This document shows, piece after piece, positions 48,241 through 59,193 of a DNA stretch of 64,000 bases. The notes below the pieces were generated by a model. That model saw only the letters and a list, made by a program, of their open reading frames with translations, did not search any database and was not told the DNA's origin. Every line of letters starts with the position of its first letter. The first letter of the stretch is position 1. The stretch is from Acidiferrobacteraceae bacterium (GTDB taxonomy: Bacteria; Pseudomonadota; Gammaproteobacteria; Acidiferrobacterales; SZUA-150), in the NCBI GenBank assembly GCA_003228915.1, contig QIGL01000092.1, forward strand, positions 30,377 to 94,376, read 5' to 3'. The translations under genes were made by a program, and so were the position numbers.

Positions 48241-49536
48241 TTATATTAATGATTGCAGTTCGCGAGCCGCCGCCAAAGATGCCAGGCGGGCGATGACACC
48301 ATAGGCATAAAAACGATTTGGGTTGGCATCCGGCGCCTTGTTTCTGTCGGGGGTGGCGCAAGACTCAGCGAATGCCAGGGGCTCAAAATGCATGCCCGGG
48401 GCATTCAGATTTTCGTTGGTTGATCGTCCCTTGTGAACGCGATAAAAGCCACCGACAACAAAGTGATCAATCATGTAAACGACGGGTTCAGCAACTGCCT
48501 GGTTTTCACCCCAGGTCTCGAATGTGTAGACCCCTTCCTGCACCAGCACATCTGTGACCGCCTGCCCTTCCTTGATGCGTGCCATTTTGTTGCGTTGTTT
48601 GCGGTTTAATTCTTTGACCTCATCTAGGTTATGGACCGTCATAATGCCCATGCCATAAGTGCCTGCGTCTGCCTTGACCAGGACGTAAGGTTTCTGGTTA
48701 ATGCCAAATTCATCATATTTTTTCTGTATTTCTGTTAAAACCGCTTCCACATTTTCAGATAAGCAGTCTTCGCCGGCCCGTTTTTGAAAATCAATTTTTC
48801 CACATTTTCGAAAAATCGGGTTAATTAGCCAGGGATCGATATCGACAATTTTACAGAATTCTTTGGTTATTCGGTCATAATGGGCAAAGTGATCTGATTT
48901 TAAACGGTCTGACCAGCCGATGGCGGTAGGTGGGATCACGGGTTGATCAAGATTTTCCAGTATTTCCGGGCGGCCACCGGATAAATCATTGTTTAATAAG
49001 ACAAAACAGGGGTCAAAACCAGCAACAGTGACCCTGTCCTGGTCACGAATCAGGGGTTCCAGGGTAATGCTGCGGCCAGAGGGTAAATCTATGGTTTTTG
49101 GTGCTGTTATTTCTTCTGCCAAGCTGCCTATTCGTGTCTCAAAACCGGCTTGTGTCATGATATTTATGAGCGCAGCGACAGACTCAAGATAAAACATGTT
49201 GCGGGTATGGCTTTCAGGGACGAACAGTACATTACAGGCCTTGGGGCAGACTCTTTCTGCCGCAGTTTGTATGGCCTGGACGCAGAGCGCCTCAAATGCC
49301 CGGTTCAAGTTGTTAAATCCGGCTGGAAACAGGTTGGTATCAACAGGTGCCAATTTAAAGCCGGCATTCCGGAGGTCAACCGAGGTGTAAAATGGGGCAG
49401 GTGTTTGCAGCCATTGATAACGGAACCAGCGTTCGATCTTATCCTGGTTTTGTAACAGGTGTGTTTCGAGCTCTTGCAGCGGCCCGGTCAGGGCCGTGGT
49501 GAGATGTGGTACGGCATGTAAATGGTTAATACCCAT
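48241..49536 (-). CDS. gshA: Glutamate-cysteine ligase (short, about 430 aa, proteobacterial type)
   Basis: Its size, its adjacency to gshB and an ATP-grasp-like core (YVLVKADAGTYGMGIM) fit my recollection of the Acidithiobacillus-type GshA family. Confidence 0.6.
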   Translation of the reverse strand: MGINHLHAVPHLTTALTGPLQELETHLLQNQDKIERWFRYQWLQTPAPFYTSVDLRNAGFKLAPVDTNLFPAGFNNLNRAFEALCVQAIQTAAERVCPKACNVLFVPESHTRNMFYLESVAALINIMTQAGFETRIGSLAEEITAPKTIDLPSGRSITLEPLIRDQDRVTVAGFDPCFVLLNNDLSGGRPEILENLDQPVIPPTAIGWSDRLKSDHFAHYDRITKEFCKIVDIDPWLINPIFRKCGKIDFQKRAGEDCLSENVEAVLTEIQKKYDEFGINQKPYVLVKADAGTYGMGIMTVHNLDEVKELNRKQRNKMARIKEGQAVTDVLVQEGVYTFETWGENQAVAEPVVYMIDHFVVGGFYRVHKGRSTNENLNAPGMHFEPLAFAESCATPDRNKAPDANPNRFYAYGVIARLASLAAARELQSLI

Positions 49537-49637
49537 AAAATTATGTTTCCGTAAAAAGCGACATGGCGAGCATGCGTTAATACCTTATATATATCAAGGA
49601 GTTGTGAAAGAAAAATTTTTGCACATCATCGTATTAT

Positions 49638-49653
49638 TGGCACATTTTGTGCT
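49638..49653 (+). promoter_or_regulatory. Candidate sigma-54 promoter (TGGCAC-N5-gTGCT, GG-N10-GC)
   Basis: TGGCACATTTTGTGCT has GG at 49639-40 and GC at 49651-52. It has one mismatch to the TTGC element of the consensus TGGCAC-N5-TTGCW. It lies about 350 nt upstream of pilG. Confidence 0.3.
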
Positions 49654-50001
49654 TAATAAACAGCAGTACAATAAAAGTGTGCATTACCATATCGGGAAGC
49701 ATGAAGTTCTACTACTCTTTAGTACATTGATGCAGGATACTGATGGAGCGAAAACAGTTACATTTTACAATGAACAGGTACTATATTTTGCGCTAGGGTA
49801 TAATTTGTGCTAACAAATCATTATGATAGAGCAAAAACCGTAGAAATTACTTTTAGTTTGCTACGCTTAGTTTGTAGTGTCTGGTTTTGTCCGGGTGTTG
49901 TCAGTGATAGTGCATTCCCGTACGGACTGAATCAGGAATCAGGTTGATAATAATTGACCCTAATAATTAACCGGGAAAGAGACAAAGAGGATTGAGTTGA
50001 C

Positions 50002-50361
50002 GTGAAGGTGATGATTATAGATGACAGCAATACCATTCGACGTACTGCCGAGGCATTACTGAAAAAAGCCGGTTATGAAGTCTATACCGCATCGGATGGT
50101 TTTGAGGCCATGTCAATGATTACGGACAATGAACCGGATATCATTTTTGTCGATATCATGATGCCGAGGCTGGATGGTTATCAGACCTGTCAGCTGATCA
50201 AGAATAACAAGAAATTTCGTGAAACCCCGGTCATCATGTTATCGAGCAAAGACGGTCTTTTTGATCGTGCCCGGGGCAGAATAGCGGGCTCCCAGGAGCA
50301 TGTTAATAAACCATTTACCCAGGAAGAACTGATTGATGTGATCAACAAATATGTTCACTGA
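50002..50361 (+). CDS. pilG: CheY-like response regulator PilG
   Basis: VKVMIIDDSNTIRRTAEALLKK...DIIFVDIMMPRLDGYQTC.LIKNN...TPVIMLSSKDGLFD is nearly colinear with my recollection of Pseudomonas PilG. It has a GTG start whose position is uncertain. Confidence 0.8.
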   Translation: MKVMIIDDSNTIRRTAEALLKKAGYEVYTASDGFEAMSMITDNEPDIIFVDIMMPRLDGYQTCQLIKNNKKFRETPVIMLSSKDGLFDRARGRIAGSQEHVNKPFTQEELIDVINKYVH

Positions 50362-50484
50362 AGGCATGGATACTGATTTGATGTGAAATTAGCATAAGTT
50401 TTTTGATTATTATTTTATGTATTGTAGGTAGAGAATTTATAGGTAAATATTTTTGGAACAACTAATTAAATACGGAGCGCAGTA

Positions 50485-50847
50485 ATGGCGATTAAGAACG
50501 TTATGGTGGTAGATGATTCTCCCACTGACGCACATGTGATTACAGATATTCTCAACAAACATGGTTTCACTGTTTCCACGGCATCAAGTGGTGAAGAGGC
50601 AATGGCTAAATCAAAGGCAGAGAAACCAGACTTGATATTAATGGATGTGGTGATGCCGGGTATGAGTGGTTTTGAGGCAACGCGCGCCATCACCCGTGAC
50701 CCGGAGACCGAATCAATCCCGGTCATTATTTGTTCATCAAAGGGACAGGAGACCGACAAGGCCTGGGGCCTGCGCCAGGGGGCGAGAGATTACCTGGTCA
50801 AGCCCATATCTGAAAAGGCCTTGATGGAAAAAATTAATAGTCTGTAA
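50485..50847 (+). CDS. pilH: CheY-like response regulator PilH
   Basis: VVDDSPTD...LILMDVVMPGMSGFEATRAI...IPVIICSSKGQETDKAWGLRQGARDYLVKP. Confidence 0.8.
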   Translation: MAIKNVMVVDDSPTDAHVITDILNKHGFTVSTASSGEEAMAKSKAEKPDLILMDVVMPGMSGFEATRAITRDPETESIPVIICSSKGQETDKAWGLRQGARDYLVKPISEKALMEKINSL

Positions 50848-50874
50848 ACAAGTTATTTAAAAAGAGACCTGGCC

Positions 50875-51411
50875 ATGCAAACACAAGATCCACTGCTACT
50901 GTTACAGCAAATGCAGCAGGCCAGTTTGGCTAACTCTCCAGGCCTGCCTGAAGAAGCTGAGGCCGTCAGGTACTGGTCGGGTGTCGGTTTTCGTATTGGT
51001 GACATGCACCTGGTGTCACAGCTGGATCAGGTGACTGAAGTTATTCAAATACCCATGATGACGCCAGTCCCGAAAACAAAAAAATGGGTGAAAGGGTTGT
51101 CGAATATTCGTGGCAGCCTGGTACCGGTTATTGATGTCGCCGAGTATTTTGACAAGGACTCGATTAAATTTAGTGATCGTGCCCGGGTGATGGTTATTGA
51201 TTACCAGGGCTTTGGCGTTGGCTTACTGGTCAATGAAGTTTTCGGGCTGCGCCACTTTGATGAAGAAGTGGAGCGGCAGCCAGTTACAGACAAGAAAGAT
51301 AGCGTCCTGGTCTATTCCTCGGGCGGCTTTCTTCGGGACGATACAATGTGGTTTATTTTCGACATGAAGGCTTTGCTCGAAAATGAAGGATTTAGAAATA
51401 TCAGTACATAG
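50875..51411 (+). CDS. pilI: CheW-like coupling protein PilI
   Basis: A CheW domain pattern (VPKTKKWVKGLSNIRGSLVPVIDVAEYF...GLLVNEVFGLRHF) in the position after pilH. Confidence 0.75.
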   Translation: MQTQDPLLLLQQMQQASLANSPGLPEEAEAVRYWSGVGFRIGDMHLVSQLDQVTEVIQIPMMTPVPKTKKWVKGLSNIRGSLVPVIDVAEYFDKDSIKFSDRARVMVIDYQGFGVGLLVNEVFGLRHFDEEVERQPVTDKKDSVLVYSSGGFLRDDTMWFIFDMKALLENEGFRNIST

Positions 51412-51520
51412 GATTTTTAAAAAGGGATTTGATAACTGGGTTGGTCATGCATAATTTATAAAAGCTGAAATTTTTGGTTAATAAATAATGTATCGGAATT
51501 TGGCATAGAGGTGCACAAAA

Positions 51521-53647
51521 ATGGCATTTAAATTATTCGGTAAAGGCAATACAGAAGTTGATGAGTTGTCGGAAGACTTGATTGATCTTTCAGCAGACGA
51601 GATTGGCGCAGAGACTGTTGCCAGCAGCAGCAGTATCGGCAGTAGCATTGTCGAAAAAATCTTCAGTATCAGGAATATTGGTGCGGGTTTTGTCGGCATA
51701 CTTGTTCTCGTAGGTTATGTCTTGTTTTTAAACACGACCCAGGCAGAAAGAGACACGCGCTACATTGAACGATCAAGTAACCTGTTAATGTTATCGCAAC
51801 GTATTGCGAAAGATGCCCGCGAGGCAGTACAGGGTCAAAAATCATCGTTCGAATCACTGAAAGTTTCGCGCGATACATTCGAGCAAACAGTGAGTGCGCT
51901 CAAACGCGGTAACAGCGCTATGGGCATTGAGCCAACACCTTCACAAGTTCGACCAACTTTACTGGTCCTCGACCAGATGTGGGCACCTAAAGATGAGGAA
52001 GGGGTGCGAGGCCAGGTTGACCAGATTCTGAAACAGGAAAAAGCACTGTTTTCATTGCGCGACCATGTGCTGGCTATTAACCAGTTGAGCCCTTTATTAC
52101 TCGCCATTTCGGATGAGATTGTTGAGCTTGGTGTCCGTACAGGGATGAGCCAGCAGCATTTGTACTGGGCGAGTCGTCAGGGCATGTTAAGCCAGCGTAT
52201 TGCCAAGGACGTAAATTTATTTGCCCAGGGTGGTAACGAGGCCGCGGTAGCCGCTGCCCAGTTTGGTAAGGATTCAAAATTATTTAAAGATACTGATGCC
52301 CGGTTGCGACGCGGGATACCACGAAATGCCCCGGCCGACTTGCGCGAGAAAATGCGCGAAGCCAAGGAAGTGTTTACCGAAATGAATGCCCACGTTGAAG
52401 GCATTCTTGGTAATGCCGCCGAGTTATTTGTATCACAACGGGCCAGTCAGCAAATTTTTGAAGAAAGTGACCAGTTACTGAGCAAGGTGCAAGTTCTCGT
52501 CGCCAGCTATACCAGCCTTTCCAGTGGCCGGACAATTTACCAGATTGCAGCGGCCGCAGGCTCGCTATTGTTAGTGGCACTGGTGATACTGATGGGTTGG
52601 CGACTGGTACAGGACGAAAAAAACCGTGGCCGTGAAACCCTGGCCCAAAACCAGGAAACACAAGACGCTATTCTGAAATTGCTCGATGAAATGGGCAACC
52701 TGGCTGATGGTGACTTGACTGTCGAACCCGAGGTGACTGAACAAATCACGGGTGCGATCGCGGACTCCATTAACTTTGCTGTCAAAGAAATGCGTAGCCT
52801 GGTTATCAGAATCAAAAACGCTGCCCAACAAGTGGCGGTGGCGTCAGAGTCTTCACGACAAACGGCGACAGAATTAACCGAGGCTGCTTTAAGACAGGCG
52901 GCCCAGATTACCGACACCACGGAACGTATGCGCACCATGGCGCGATCAATGGAAGACATGTCCAAGAGTGCTGAGAAATCTGCCGAAGTGGCGCAGGGTT
53001 CGGTGACAACGGCGAAACGAGGTGCCGACGCGGTGCAGGACACGATTCATGGTATGGACCAAATGCGTGAGCAAATTCAGGAAACTGCGAAACGAATTAA
53101 ACGACTCGGTGAGAGCTCGCAACAGATTGGCGAAATCGTGGAACTGATTAACGATATTGCCGAGCAAACAAACATCCTGTCACTGAATGCTGCCATCCAG
53201 GCGGCCATGGCCGGTGATGCCGGTCGTGGTTTTGCGGTGGTTGCGGACGAAGTACAACGACTGGCGGAACGGTCAGCCGAGGCGACCAAACAGATTGCTG
53301 ATCTGGTTAAAACCATTCAGGCGGATACCAATGAGGCGGTAGCATCAATGGAAGAAGCCACAAATGGTGTGGTTGCCACCACGCGACTGGCGGATGCCGC
53401 GGGTCAGGCCCTGGGTGAAATTGAATCGGTATCAGAACAGTTATCCAGCCTGGTAGGCGGGATCGCAACGGATGCCCAGTCACAATCAGAAAATGCGACC
53501 GTCATGTCCGGTAGTATGTTACAGATCCAGGAAACCACAAACCTGACCTCAAGTGGATCACGTCAGACAGCCGAATCTATTGGCAAGTTGTCAGACCTGG
53601 CCCGTGAATTACAGGCTTCAGTGGCAGGCTTTAAGCTGCCTGCTTAA
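51521..53647 (+). CDS. pilJ: Methyl-accepting chemotaxis protein PilJ
   Basis: Two TM segments flank a large periplasmic domain containing a duplicated MLSQRIAKD motif. HAMP follows, and the MCP signalling hairpin reads [48 protein letters not shown]. Confidence 0.85.
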   Translation: MAFKLFGKGNTEVDELSEDLIDLSADEIGAETVASSSSIGSSIVEKIFSIRNIGAGFVGILVLVGYVLFLNTTQAERDTRYIERSSNLLMLSQRIAKDAREAVQGQKSSFESLKVSRDTFEQTVSALKRGNSAMGIEPTPSQVRPTLLVLDQMWAPKDEEGVRGQVDQILKQEKALFSLRDHVLAINQLSPLLLAISDEIVELGVRTGMSQQHLYWASRQGMLSQRIAKDVNLFAQGGNEAAVAAAQFGKDSKLFKDTDARLRRGIPRNAPADLREKMREAKEVFTEMNAHVEGILGNAAELFVSQRASQQIFEESDQLLSKVQVLVASYTSLSSGRTIYQIAAAAGSLLLVALVILMGWRLVQDEKNRGRETLAQNQETQDAILKLLDEMGNLADGDLTVEPEVTEQITGAIADSINFAVKEMRSLVIRIKNAAQQVAVASESSRQTATELTEAALRQAAQITDTTERMRTMARSMEDMSKSAEKSAEVAQGSVTTAKRGADAVQDTIHGMDQMREQIQETAKRIKRLGESSQQIGEIVELINDIAEQTNILSLNAAIQAAMAGDAGRGFAVVADEVQRLAERSAEATKQIADLVKTIQADTNEAVASMEEATNGVVATTRLADAAGQALGEIESVSEQLSSLVGGIATDAQSQSENATVMSGSMLQIQETTNLTSSGSRQTAESIGKLSDLARELQASVAGFKLPA

Positions 53648-53723
53648 CCTGGATGTTAATACTGACTACTATTTTGCATCCGGACAAACTGCCCAAAAAT
53701 AAATTGGGCAGGGAATTGACTCT

Positions 53724-56700
53724 ATGGCAGTCACAAGCTCGATAGATCATAGTACCCTCGGTTGGGTAAAAACAGAGATTGACGAGAGCCTCAAACAGGC
53801 GCGTCAGGCACTGGAGAGTTATGTCGATGATTCTTCCGATGATACCCAGCTGAGATTTTGTATTACCCATCTCCACCAGGTGACTGGCACGCTGGAAATG
53901 GTCGAGCTAGATGGCGCGGCTTTGCTGGCAAAAGAAAATGAAGAACTTGCCGACGCAATTCTCTACGATAAAATAACACCCGATAAAACTACCTACGAAG
54001 CGCTTACCCGTGGCATGTTGACTCTGCCCGATTACCTGTCTCGTCTACAGTTTGGCGAGCCAGATGTGCCAATCAAACTGGTACCTGCGGTTAATGAATT
54101 GCGCCTGGCGCGAAATGAAGCAGAGCTACCAGAAATAGATTTTTTCAAGCCCGACCTCAGTATTCGGCCACCGCGAGAAAATCCTGATGCACGCAAGCTA
54201 AATGAAGATGAGGTCAAAGACCTGGCCAAAACTCTGCGGCCTAAATTTCAGGTCGCACTTCTGGAATGGCTGCGCGATACGGGTAGCGAGAAAGCCATTA
54301 ACAATATGGTAACGGTGCTCGACCAGCTTGGTCGTGATGCCCACCTGGGTGTAGTGCAACAATTGTTCTGGGTAGCAAGTGGTTTGCTTGAGGCAATGAT
54401 GAATGGCGACCTGGAAGCATCTAATGACCGAAAAAAATTACTGGCGCGACTTGATCAACAAATTCGTAAACTGATTGATGGTGTTGGTAAATCCGAAATC
54501 AAGAACACCTCAGAGACATTAGTCAAGAACATCCTTTTCCAGGTTGGTAAATCTTCGGCAGGCAGCCCCCGCGTTACACAGTTGCGCCAGGCATTTGATC
54601 TTGACCTGTTGCTTGGCCGTGTTGCGGCAGATTCTGATCTGGATATGGATCGGCTACCAACGCCGGAAGTACTGGATTCCGTTGCCAGCGCATTAGCCAT
54701 CGAAATTCTTGAAGCACAGGATAACCTGGCAACTTATTTTGATCCTGATGAGCCTGGTGAAAAGTCACTCAGTTCGCTTGTTGAACTCTTAACCAAAATG
54801 TCGAGCACCATGGGTATGTTGGGTGCGCCAATGTTGAAAAACATGGTAGATGAACTGGTAAAAGTTGCCAGTAAAATTGATGCCGGTGAAATCGATGCTT
54901 CGGAAGCCATATCCATGACCATGGCCCGCGCCTTATTACTGGTGGAGAGTAGCTCGCAAGACCTGGTGCGATCAGCAACTGACTGGAAACAGCAGATTAA
55001 TGACATTCGGTCAGTCTTAAAAACTGTCGCCGAAGGCGGAGATGATGCTCTACCAAGCTCCGAGGGTCTGGAAGTATCAGATGGTGAGCTGACTGATAGT
55101 GACTTCAAGCAATTGTTCAGTGTGGTTGCTGGTGAGATCAGTACAGGACTCGCCAGGATCGAGGATGAGTTCGAAACATTTGCCAGCGATACATCACAGA
55201 ACCAACACCTGGAAAGCATTATTAAACTGCTCGGCCAGATTCATGGCGCACTGCAAATCATTGGCCAGGTACCGGCCGCAGACCTGGTGGATAAAACATC
55301 AGGTTACGTTGGCAGTATACTTAATAAGTCACTTTCGCCAGGCGAAAAAGTGCTGGATGCACTGGCCGTTTGTATCGGAACAATTGGCGCCTATATCGAC
55401 GGTGTCCAGAACAATCGGCCCAACCTTGATGACCTGTTGGCCCTGGCACTGGGTGAAATGAATGCAGTCTCTGAAGAGGCCGGGGTTGAATTTGGTGATG
55501 GTGCCCAGGCCCGTGAAATGGTTGCCGCCAGTGATTCAGGATTTTCTGACACCGGTAGTGCAAGTGAACAAGCACTGCCTGATTCGGGCATTCTGGATGA
55601 TGAAGATCTTGACGAAGAAATTATGGAGATCTTTATTGAAGATGCGCGGGATTCGCTTGCCACGATAGATAAAAATTTCCCGGTATGGCGCAAGGATCCC
55701 GGTAACCGTGAGGCATTAGTGGAAGTGCGCAGAGGTTTTCACACGATCAAGGGCAGTGGCCGTATGGTTGGCGCGACCGAGATTGCAGAGCTGGCCTGGT
55801 CGGTTGAAGAATTGTTAAATAAAGTTCGTGATGAAAAAATTGAGCGAAGCGAATCTATCCTCGACTTGATTGAGCACGCTAGAAGCGTTATGCCGGATAT
55901 GGTGGTGCAACTGGAAGGCGGTGCTGGCCCAACAGATGATATCGAGGCGCTTAGATTAACGGCCATACAAATGGCAGATGGCGGGCAATTAGATTCTGTC
56001 CCGGTTCATGACCTGTCAGCCAGCCCATCTGTACCAATAGCAATTCCCGAGACAGATAAAAGTGTACCCGAACTTGATTCCGCATTGCTGGAAATATTTA
56101 CCGGTGAAGCGAGAGAGCATGCCCAGGCAATTGAAAAAGAAGTTGCAGATTGCCGTGAAAAAGGCGGTTGTTTTGCCGGAGAAATAATTATTCGCTCTGC
56201 CCATACGCTTGCGGGTACTGCCCGCTCTGTGGGCCTGAATTTTATGTCAACCACCTGTAAAGAGATGGAAAACCTGCTCTTGCGACTGGAGCAACAACAG
56301 TTATTGCTGGAAAACGAATATCTCGATTTATTCGATTCAGTGTCACAAGCGATCAATAAATTAATTGAAAGTATGGAAAGTAGCGGGACAGTCGACGATA
56401 CCGTTATTGACAAATTTTCAGATTTGCAAGTTTCCCTTGTCACCATTATCGCATCGTTACCTCAGCAAGAAGAAGGCGATGACCTGATGCCCACTGTGGC
56501 GGCAATCAATGCAGCAGGTAGCCTGAATTTTGACAATGTTGCCCAGCTTAATCCGGAACCAGCAGAACTCGATTCTATTGATGAAAGTTTTGCAGTCGAA
56601 GCAATTGCAACCGGCATACCTGACGATGAGATTGATCCTGAACTACTGGAAATATTTTGCGAAGAAGCCAGTGATATATTACAAAATATCAATGACTCGC

Positions 56701-59177
56701 AGGGTCGCTGGCGCAGCAATCTCGGTGACACCGCAGTTGTCGCTGAATTAAAAAGAGCCCTGCACACATTCAAGGGTGGTGCCCGCATGGCTGGTGCCAT
56801 GTCACTGGGGGCAGTGGCACATAATACCGAGACACTGATTGGCCAAATTGAACAGGGATCCATAGAGCCGTCTGCCGAATTACTTGATTTACTGGACGAG
56901 ATTCATGACTCCCTTGCTTTCGGGATTACGCAACTGAACGAGGGCAGCCCAGTAACAGAACTGGCCACGGTTTCTGCACGTCTTGATGCCTTGCTTGCGG
57001 GCGGTGACATGGATGCTGCCAGTGCAACTGATAGTATCACTGTCGATGCTGCTGTCCCGAACATGGGCGGTGACGAAAATATTCAACTTGAGCCTGTTGC
57101 CGAGCCAGAAATCGAGATTGAAGGCCTGGCCATTGATGAAGAAATAAACATTACGGATATTGAAACTAACGCATCCCTGGAAGCGTCACTCAATGAAGAT
57201 CTGGCAGATGAAAGTCTAACTGGTATCGAAGTTGAAGAAGTTTCCACTAATCCCGCAATCCAGTCGGCGCCACAATTTGAGACCGCAGCACCTCTGGGAC
57301 AAGTTGAGCAGGTGACTGCGCCAACTACCACGCCTGAAGCAGCGCCTGGAAAAAAGGAGCAAATTCGAGTCCGCACTGATTTGCTGGACACCCTTGCAAA
57401 CTATGCGGGTGAAGTCAGTATTTCCCGGGCACGCATGGAACAGCAAATTTTTGGATTTCGTGAAAACCTGGGAGAGCTGGACCGTAACGTTGTCCGATTC
57501 CGTGAACAATTACGTGACCTGGAAATCCAGTCTGAATCTCAAATCCTGGCCAAGGCCGAGCTAGAAGGTATCGATAATATCGAGGATTTTGATCCGCTTG
57601 AGTTTGATCGATTTAGCAGGCTGCAACAGTTGTCCCGAAGCTTAACCGAGAGCTTGCACGATTTGACAAGTATCCAGGGCAGTCTTGGTAACTTTGCCAG
57701 TGAAGCGGAAACCGTATTGCACCAGCAGGCCCGCGTAAATACAGACTTGCAAGAAGGTTTAATGCGTACCCGCCTGGTTAGTTTCTCAACCCAGTCTACC
57801 CGCCTGCGCCATATTGTCAGGCAAACATCCAGGGAGATAGGCAAGCAAGCACAATTCGAAATAGTCGGTGCTGAAGTTGAACTGGACAGAAACGTGCTGG
57901 AAAGAATGATTGGTCCTTTTGAGCACATGATCAGGAATAGCCTGGATCATGGTATTGAATCGGCCGCTATAAGGCGCAAAAAAGACAAACCCGCCAGTGG
58001 TAAAATCAGGATCGAGACAACTCAGCAAGGCAGCGAAATTGTAATATTATTTACTGATGATGGTGCCGGGCTTAATATTGCAGCGATTCGTAATAAGGCA
58101 ATTGAACGCGGCCTTATAACGGTTGACAGTAACTTGTCCAATGAGGAAATTACCCAATTCATCCTGATGTCTGGATTTTCTACTGCCGAGAAGGTCACCC
58201 ATATATCCGGTCGTGGTGTTGGCATGGATGTGGTTCACAACGAGGTGCGTCAGCTTGGCGGTGCCATGTCCGTAGAGACAGAAGTTGATAAAGGCACGAC
58301 CTTTATTATTAGATTGCCTTTAACCTTGTCTATTACCCAGGCCTTGATGGTTTATATTGGCGAGCAACTTTATGCGACACCATTATCGGGCATTATTAAT
58401 ATCCTGGAAGTGCCCATAAGTGATATGGAAAAAATCTCTCTAAGTGGTGACGAACCCGTTTTTAACTACGGTGATCATGACTACCCTTTCATGCACCTTG
58501 GCGCTCGCCTGGAAGTACCATCGGTCCCGCGCAACGCGAAAAAAGTCCCGGTATTACTGGTTAAAAGTGGTTCGCGGACAGTGGCGATCCAGGTCGATGG
58601 CCTGGCCGGTACAAAAGAAATTGTAATCAAGAATGTAGGTCCACTAGTGGGTGAGGTGCGGGGAATTTCAGGTGCAACCATCCTTGGTGACGGTACTGTG
58701 GTCCTGATTCTGGACGTACCGGATCTTTGGGTATCTGACGATTTAATGCATGTCGCGCATGTTAAGGCGCCGGTAGTACACGAGACAGAAGAGCGAATGG
58801 TGCCGCTAATCATGGTCGTGGATGATTCATTGACCGTACGAAAAATTACCAGCAGGCATTTGCTCAAGAAGGGCATGGAATGCATCACCGCCAAAGATGG
58901 TCTGGATGCACTTGAACAGTTACGTGATCACAGGCCCGATGTCATGCTGGTTGATATTGAAATGCCGCGTATGGATGGTTATGAGCTAACATCCAGAATT
59001 CGCGCGACCCGGGACCTTAAAGACATCCCGATTATCATGATTACTTCCCGTGCTGGCAAAAAACACAAAGACAAGGCCTTCAGTTTGGGTGTTGATGATT
59101 ATATGAGTAAACCGTACCAGCAAGAAGAATTATTTGAAAATATTGAACGAATGCTAAAAGAAGGCAGGACACCCTGA
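53724..59177 (+). CDS. chpA: Multi-Hpt hybrid histidine kinase ChpA
   Basis: Three canonical Hpt motifs (GFHTIKGSGRMVG near 55740, SAHTLAGTARSVG near 56200, ALHTFKGGARMAG near 56760) plus degenerate N-terminal Hpt-like units. It also has a CheA dimerisation/HATPase region (HMIRNSLDHGIE, DDGAGL, GRGVGMD), a CheW-like domain and a C-terminal REC (VVDDSLTV...DIEMPRMDG...KP). Confidence 0.9.
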   Translation: MAVTSSIDHSTLGWVKTEIDESLKQARQALESYVDDSSDDTQLRFCITHLHQVTGTLEMVELDGAALLAKENEELADAILYDKITPDKTTYEALTRGMLTLPDYLSRLQFGEPDVPIKLVPAVNELRLARNEAELPEIDFFKPDLSIRPPRENPDARKLNEDEVKDLAKTLRPKFQVALLEWLRDTGSEKAINNMVTVLDQLGRDAHLGVVQQLFWVASGLLEAMMNGDLEASNDRKKLLARLDQQIRKLIDGVGKSEIKNTSETLVKNILFQVGKSSAGSPRVTQLRQAFDLDLLLGRVAADSDLDMDRLPTPEVLDSVASALAIEILEAQDNLATYFDPDEPGEKSLSSLVELLTKMSSTMGMLGAPMLKNMVDELVKVASKIDAGEIDASEAISMTMARALLLVESSSQDLVRSATDWKQQINDIRSVLKTVAEGGDDALPSSEGLEVSDGELTDSDFKQLFSVVAGEISTGLARIEDEFETFASDTSQNQHLESIIKLLGQIHGALQIIGQVPAADLVDKTSGYVGSILNKSLSPGEKVLDALAVCIGTIGAYIDGVQNNRPNLDDLLALALGEMNAVSEEAGVEFGDGAQAREMVAASDSGFSDTGSASEQALPDSGILDDEDLDEEIMEIFIEDARDSLATIDKNFPVWRKDPGNREALVEVRRGFHTIKGSGRMVGATEIAELAWSVEELLNKVRDEKIERSESILDLIEHARSVMPDMVVQLEGGAGPTDDIEALRLTAIQMADGGQLDSVPVHDLSASPSVPIAIPETDKSVPELDSALLEIFTGEAREHAQAIEKEVADCREKGGCFAGEIIIRSAHTLAGTARSVGLNFMSTTCKEMENLLLRLEQQQLLLENEYLDLFDSVSQAINKLIESMESSGTVDDTVIDKFSDLQVSLVTIIASLPQQEEGDDLMPTVAAINAAGSLNFDNVAQLNPEPAELDSIDESFAVEAIATGIPDDEIDPELLEIFCEEASDILQNINDSQGRWRSNLGDTAVVAELKRALHTFKGGARMAGAMSLGAVAHNTETLIGQIEQGSIEPSAELLDLLDEIHDSLAFGITQLNEGSPVTELATVSARLDALLAGGDMDAASATDSITVDAAVPNMGGDENIQLEPVAEPEIEIEGLAIDEEINITDIETNASLEASLNEDLADESLTGIEVEEVSTNPAIQSAPQFETAAPLGQVEQVTAPTTTPEAAPGKKEQIRVRTDLLDTLANYAGEVSISRARMEQQIFGFRENLGELDRNVVRFREQLRDLEIQSESQILAKAELEGIDNIEDFDPLEFDRFSRLQQLSRSLTESLHDLTSIQGSLGNFASEAETVLHQQARVNTDLQEGLMRTRLVSFSTQSTRLRHIVRQTSREIGKQAQFEIVGAEVELDRNVLERMIGPFEHMIRNSLDHGIESAAIRRKKDKPASGKIRIETTQQGSEIVILFTDDGAGLNIAAIRNKAIERGLITVDSNLSNEEITQFILMSGFSTAEKVTHISGRGVGMDVVHNEVRQLGGAMSVETEVDKGTTFIIRLPLTLSITQALMVYIGEQLYATPLSGIINILEVPISDMEKISLSGDEPVFNYGDHDYPFMHLGARLEVPSVPRNAKKVPVLLVKSGSRTVAIQVDGLAGTKEIVIKNVGPLVGEVRGISGATILGDGTVVLILDVPDLWVSDDLMHVAHVKAPVVHETEERMVPLIMVVDDSLTVRKITSRHLLKKGMECITAKDGLDALEQLRDHRPDVMLVDIEMPRMDGYELTSRIRATRDLKDIPIIMITSRAGKKHKDKAFSLGVDDYMSKPYQQEELFENIERMLKEGRTP

Positions 59178-59193
59178 TTTTGAATCTTAATGA

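Noticed and set aside
52537-53043. 168-aa antisense ORF inside pilJ, and many similar ones inside chpA (for example 54734-55219, 56006-56446, 56462-56863, 57539-57928, 58481-58894)
   Set aside because: These are shadow ORFs on the strand opposite long, motif-supported genes, and they have Ser/Ala/Arg-rich low-complexity translations.
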